Assembly: GCA_951406725.2 (NCBI GenBank)
Contig: OX597828.1
Location: 3,100,001 to 3,164,000 of the forward strand
From: Octopus vulgaris
Taxonomy: Eukaryota
Direction of reading: 5' to 3'
Length of the DNA stretch: 64,000 nt
The notes under the pieces are model-generated. The model was given only the letters and a program-made list of their open reading frames with translations, was not told where the DNA came from and did no database searches. Numbering within the stretch: the first letter of the stretch is position 1; every line of letters starts with the position of its first letter. Positions 63,480 to 64,000 of the stretch are shown piece by piece. Made by a program: the position numbers and the translations under genes.

Positions 63480-64000
63480 GAAGAAGCATTAATTATGGTT
63501 TGTGGTGAGAGGAAGTTTTTACAATGAATATGAAATACTTTATTCTGCATTTGCAGATCTGGGAGAACCTTTGTGTAAGGTTACTCTGCAAGTCAAAAGG
63601 TGGACCTCGATCTAATCTGGTGAATGCTTAGCTTCGGGTCCGGAGAGTGCATGAAAGGTATTTCAGATGTCGAGGTGGTGCTCGCAAAAGTGATCGTCTT
63701 GATATCACCGATCAGTTTCACTCACATTTTGAAATTTGCAGGGTTTACAGATGAAGTAGTAAATAAGGCTGGGAGAGATAGAATTAAAATGGTCAGTTGG
63801 GGTCAGGTTACGAGTGCACTGTCGTAAAAAGAGGGACAAATATAGAAAATATTTGAAGGAACTGCAATGTATGATACAGAGAGTGCTTCTGAATAAGAGG
63901 TCAGACAAAATTTTTTGTTCTTTGAAAGAAGGTCAGAAGAAAAAGGACTCAGTTGAGTGTGACGTTGATTGTGGATTAATGTCAACAGCGTACGAAAAAA
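63480..64000 (-). pseudogene. Decayed PLE GIY-YIG endonuclease (Neptune-like pattern)
   Basis: ORF 63705-63908 ends DHFNSISPSLIYYFICKPCKFQNVSETDR, followed by D.FCEH..DI. This resembles the S.NLIY.I.C..C...YIGET.R...RF.EH pattern. Confidence 0.55.

Overview
AT-rich, microsatellite-dense eukaryotic DNA, most likely intronic or intergenic. The SINE families present look like those of octopus/coleoid cephalopods (recognised from memory, not by search). No intact host gene was found, and most listed ORFs are translations of (TA)n/(CA)n/(TATG)n/(ATT)n repeats. The window is a mosaic of transposons: a young, 5'-truncated Penelope-like element (RT + GIY-YIG, 145-7059) with a ~2.3 kb inverted repeat, R4/Dong-like, CR1-like and Tx1-like LINEs, a Ty3/Gypsy remnant, Tc1/mariner remnants, hAT- and Mutator-like MITEs, short Helitrons and many tRNA-headed SINEs. 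The main unexplained signal is a set of type I hammerhead ribozymes: five with canonical cores (231-281, 6992-7042, 21932-22016, 23862-23934, 24417-24501) and about six degenerate ones, from several unrelated families. Most have a palindromic minimal stem III, and many sit in elements with inverted duplications and/or (TA)n flanks. One lies inside a tRNA-headed SINE that has a 5' inverted duplication (30087-30395). Together these suggest non-autonomous ribozyme-bearing retroposons mobilised by Penelope-like RTs; this is an inference and has not been tested.
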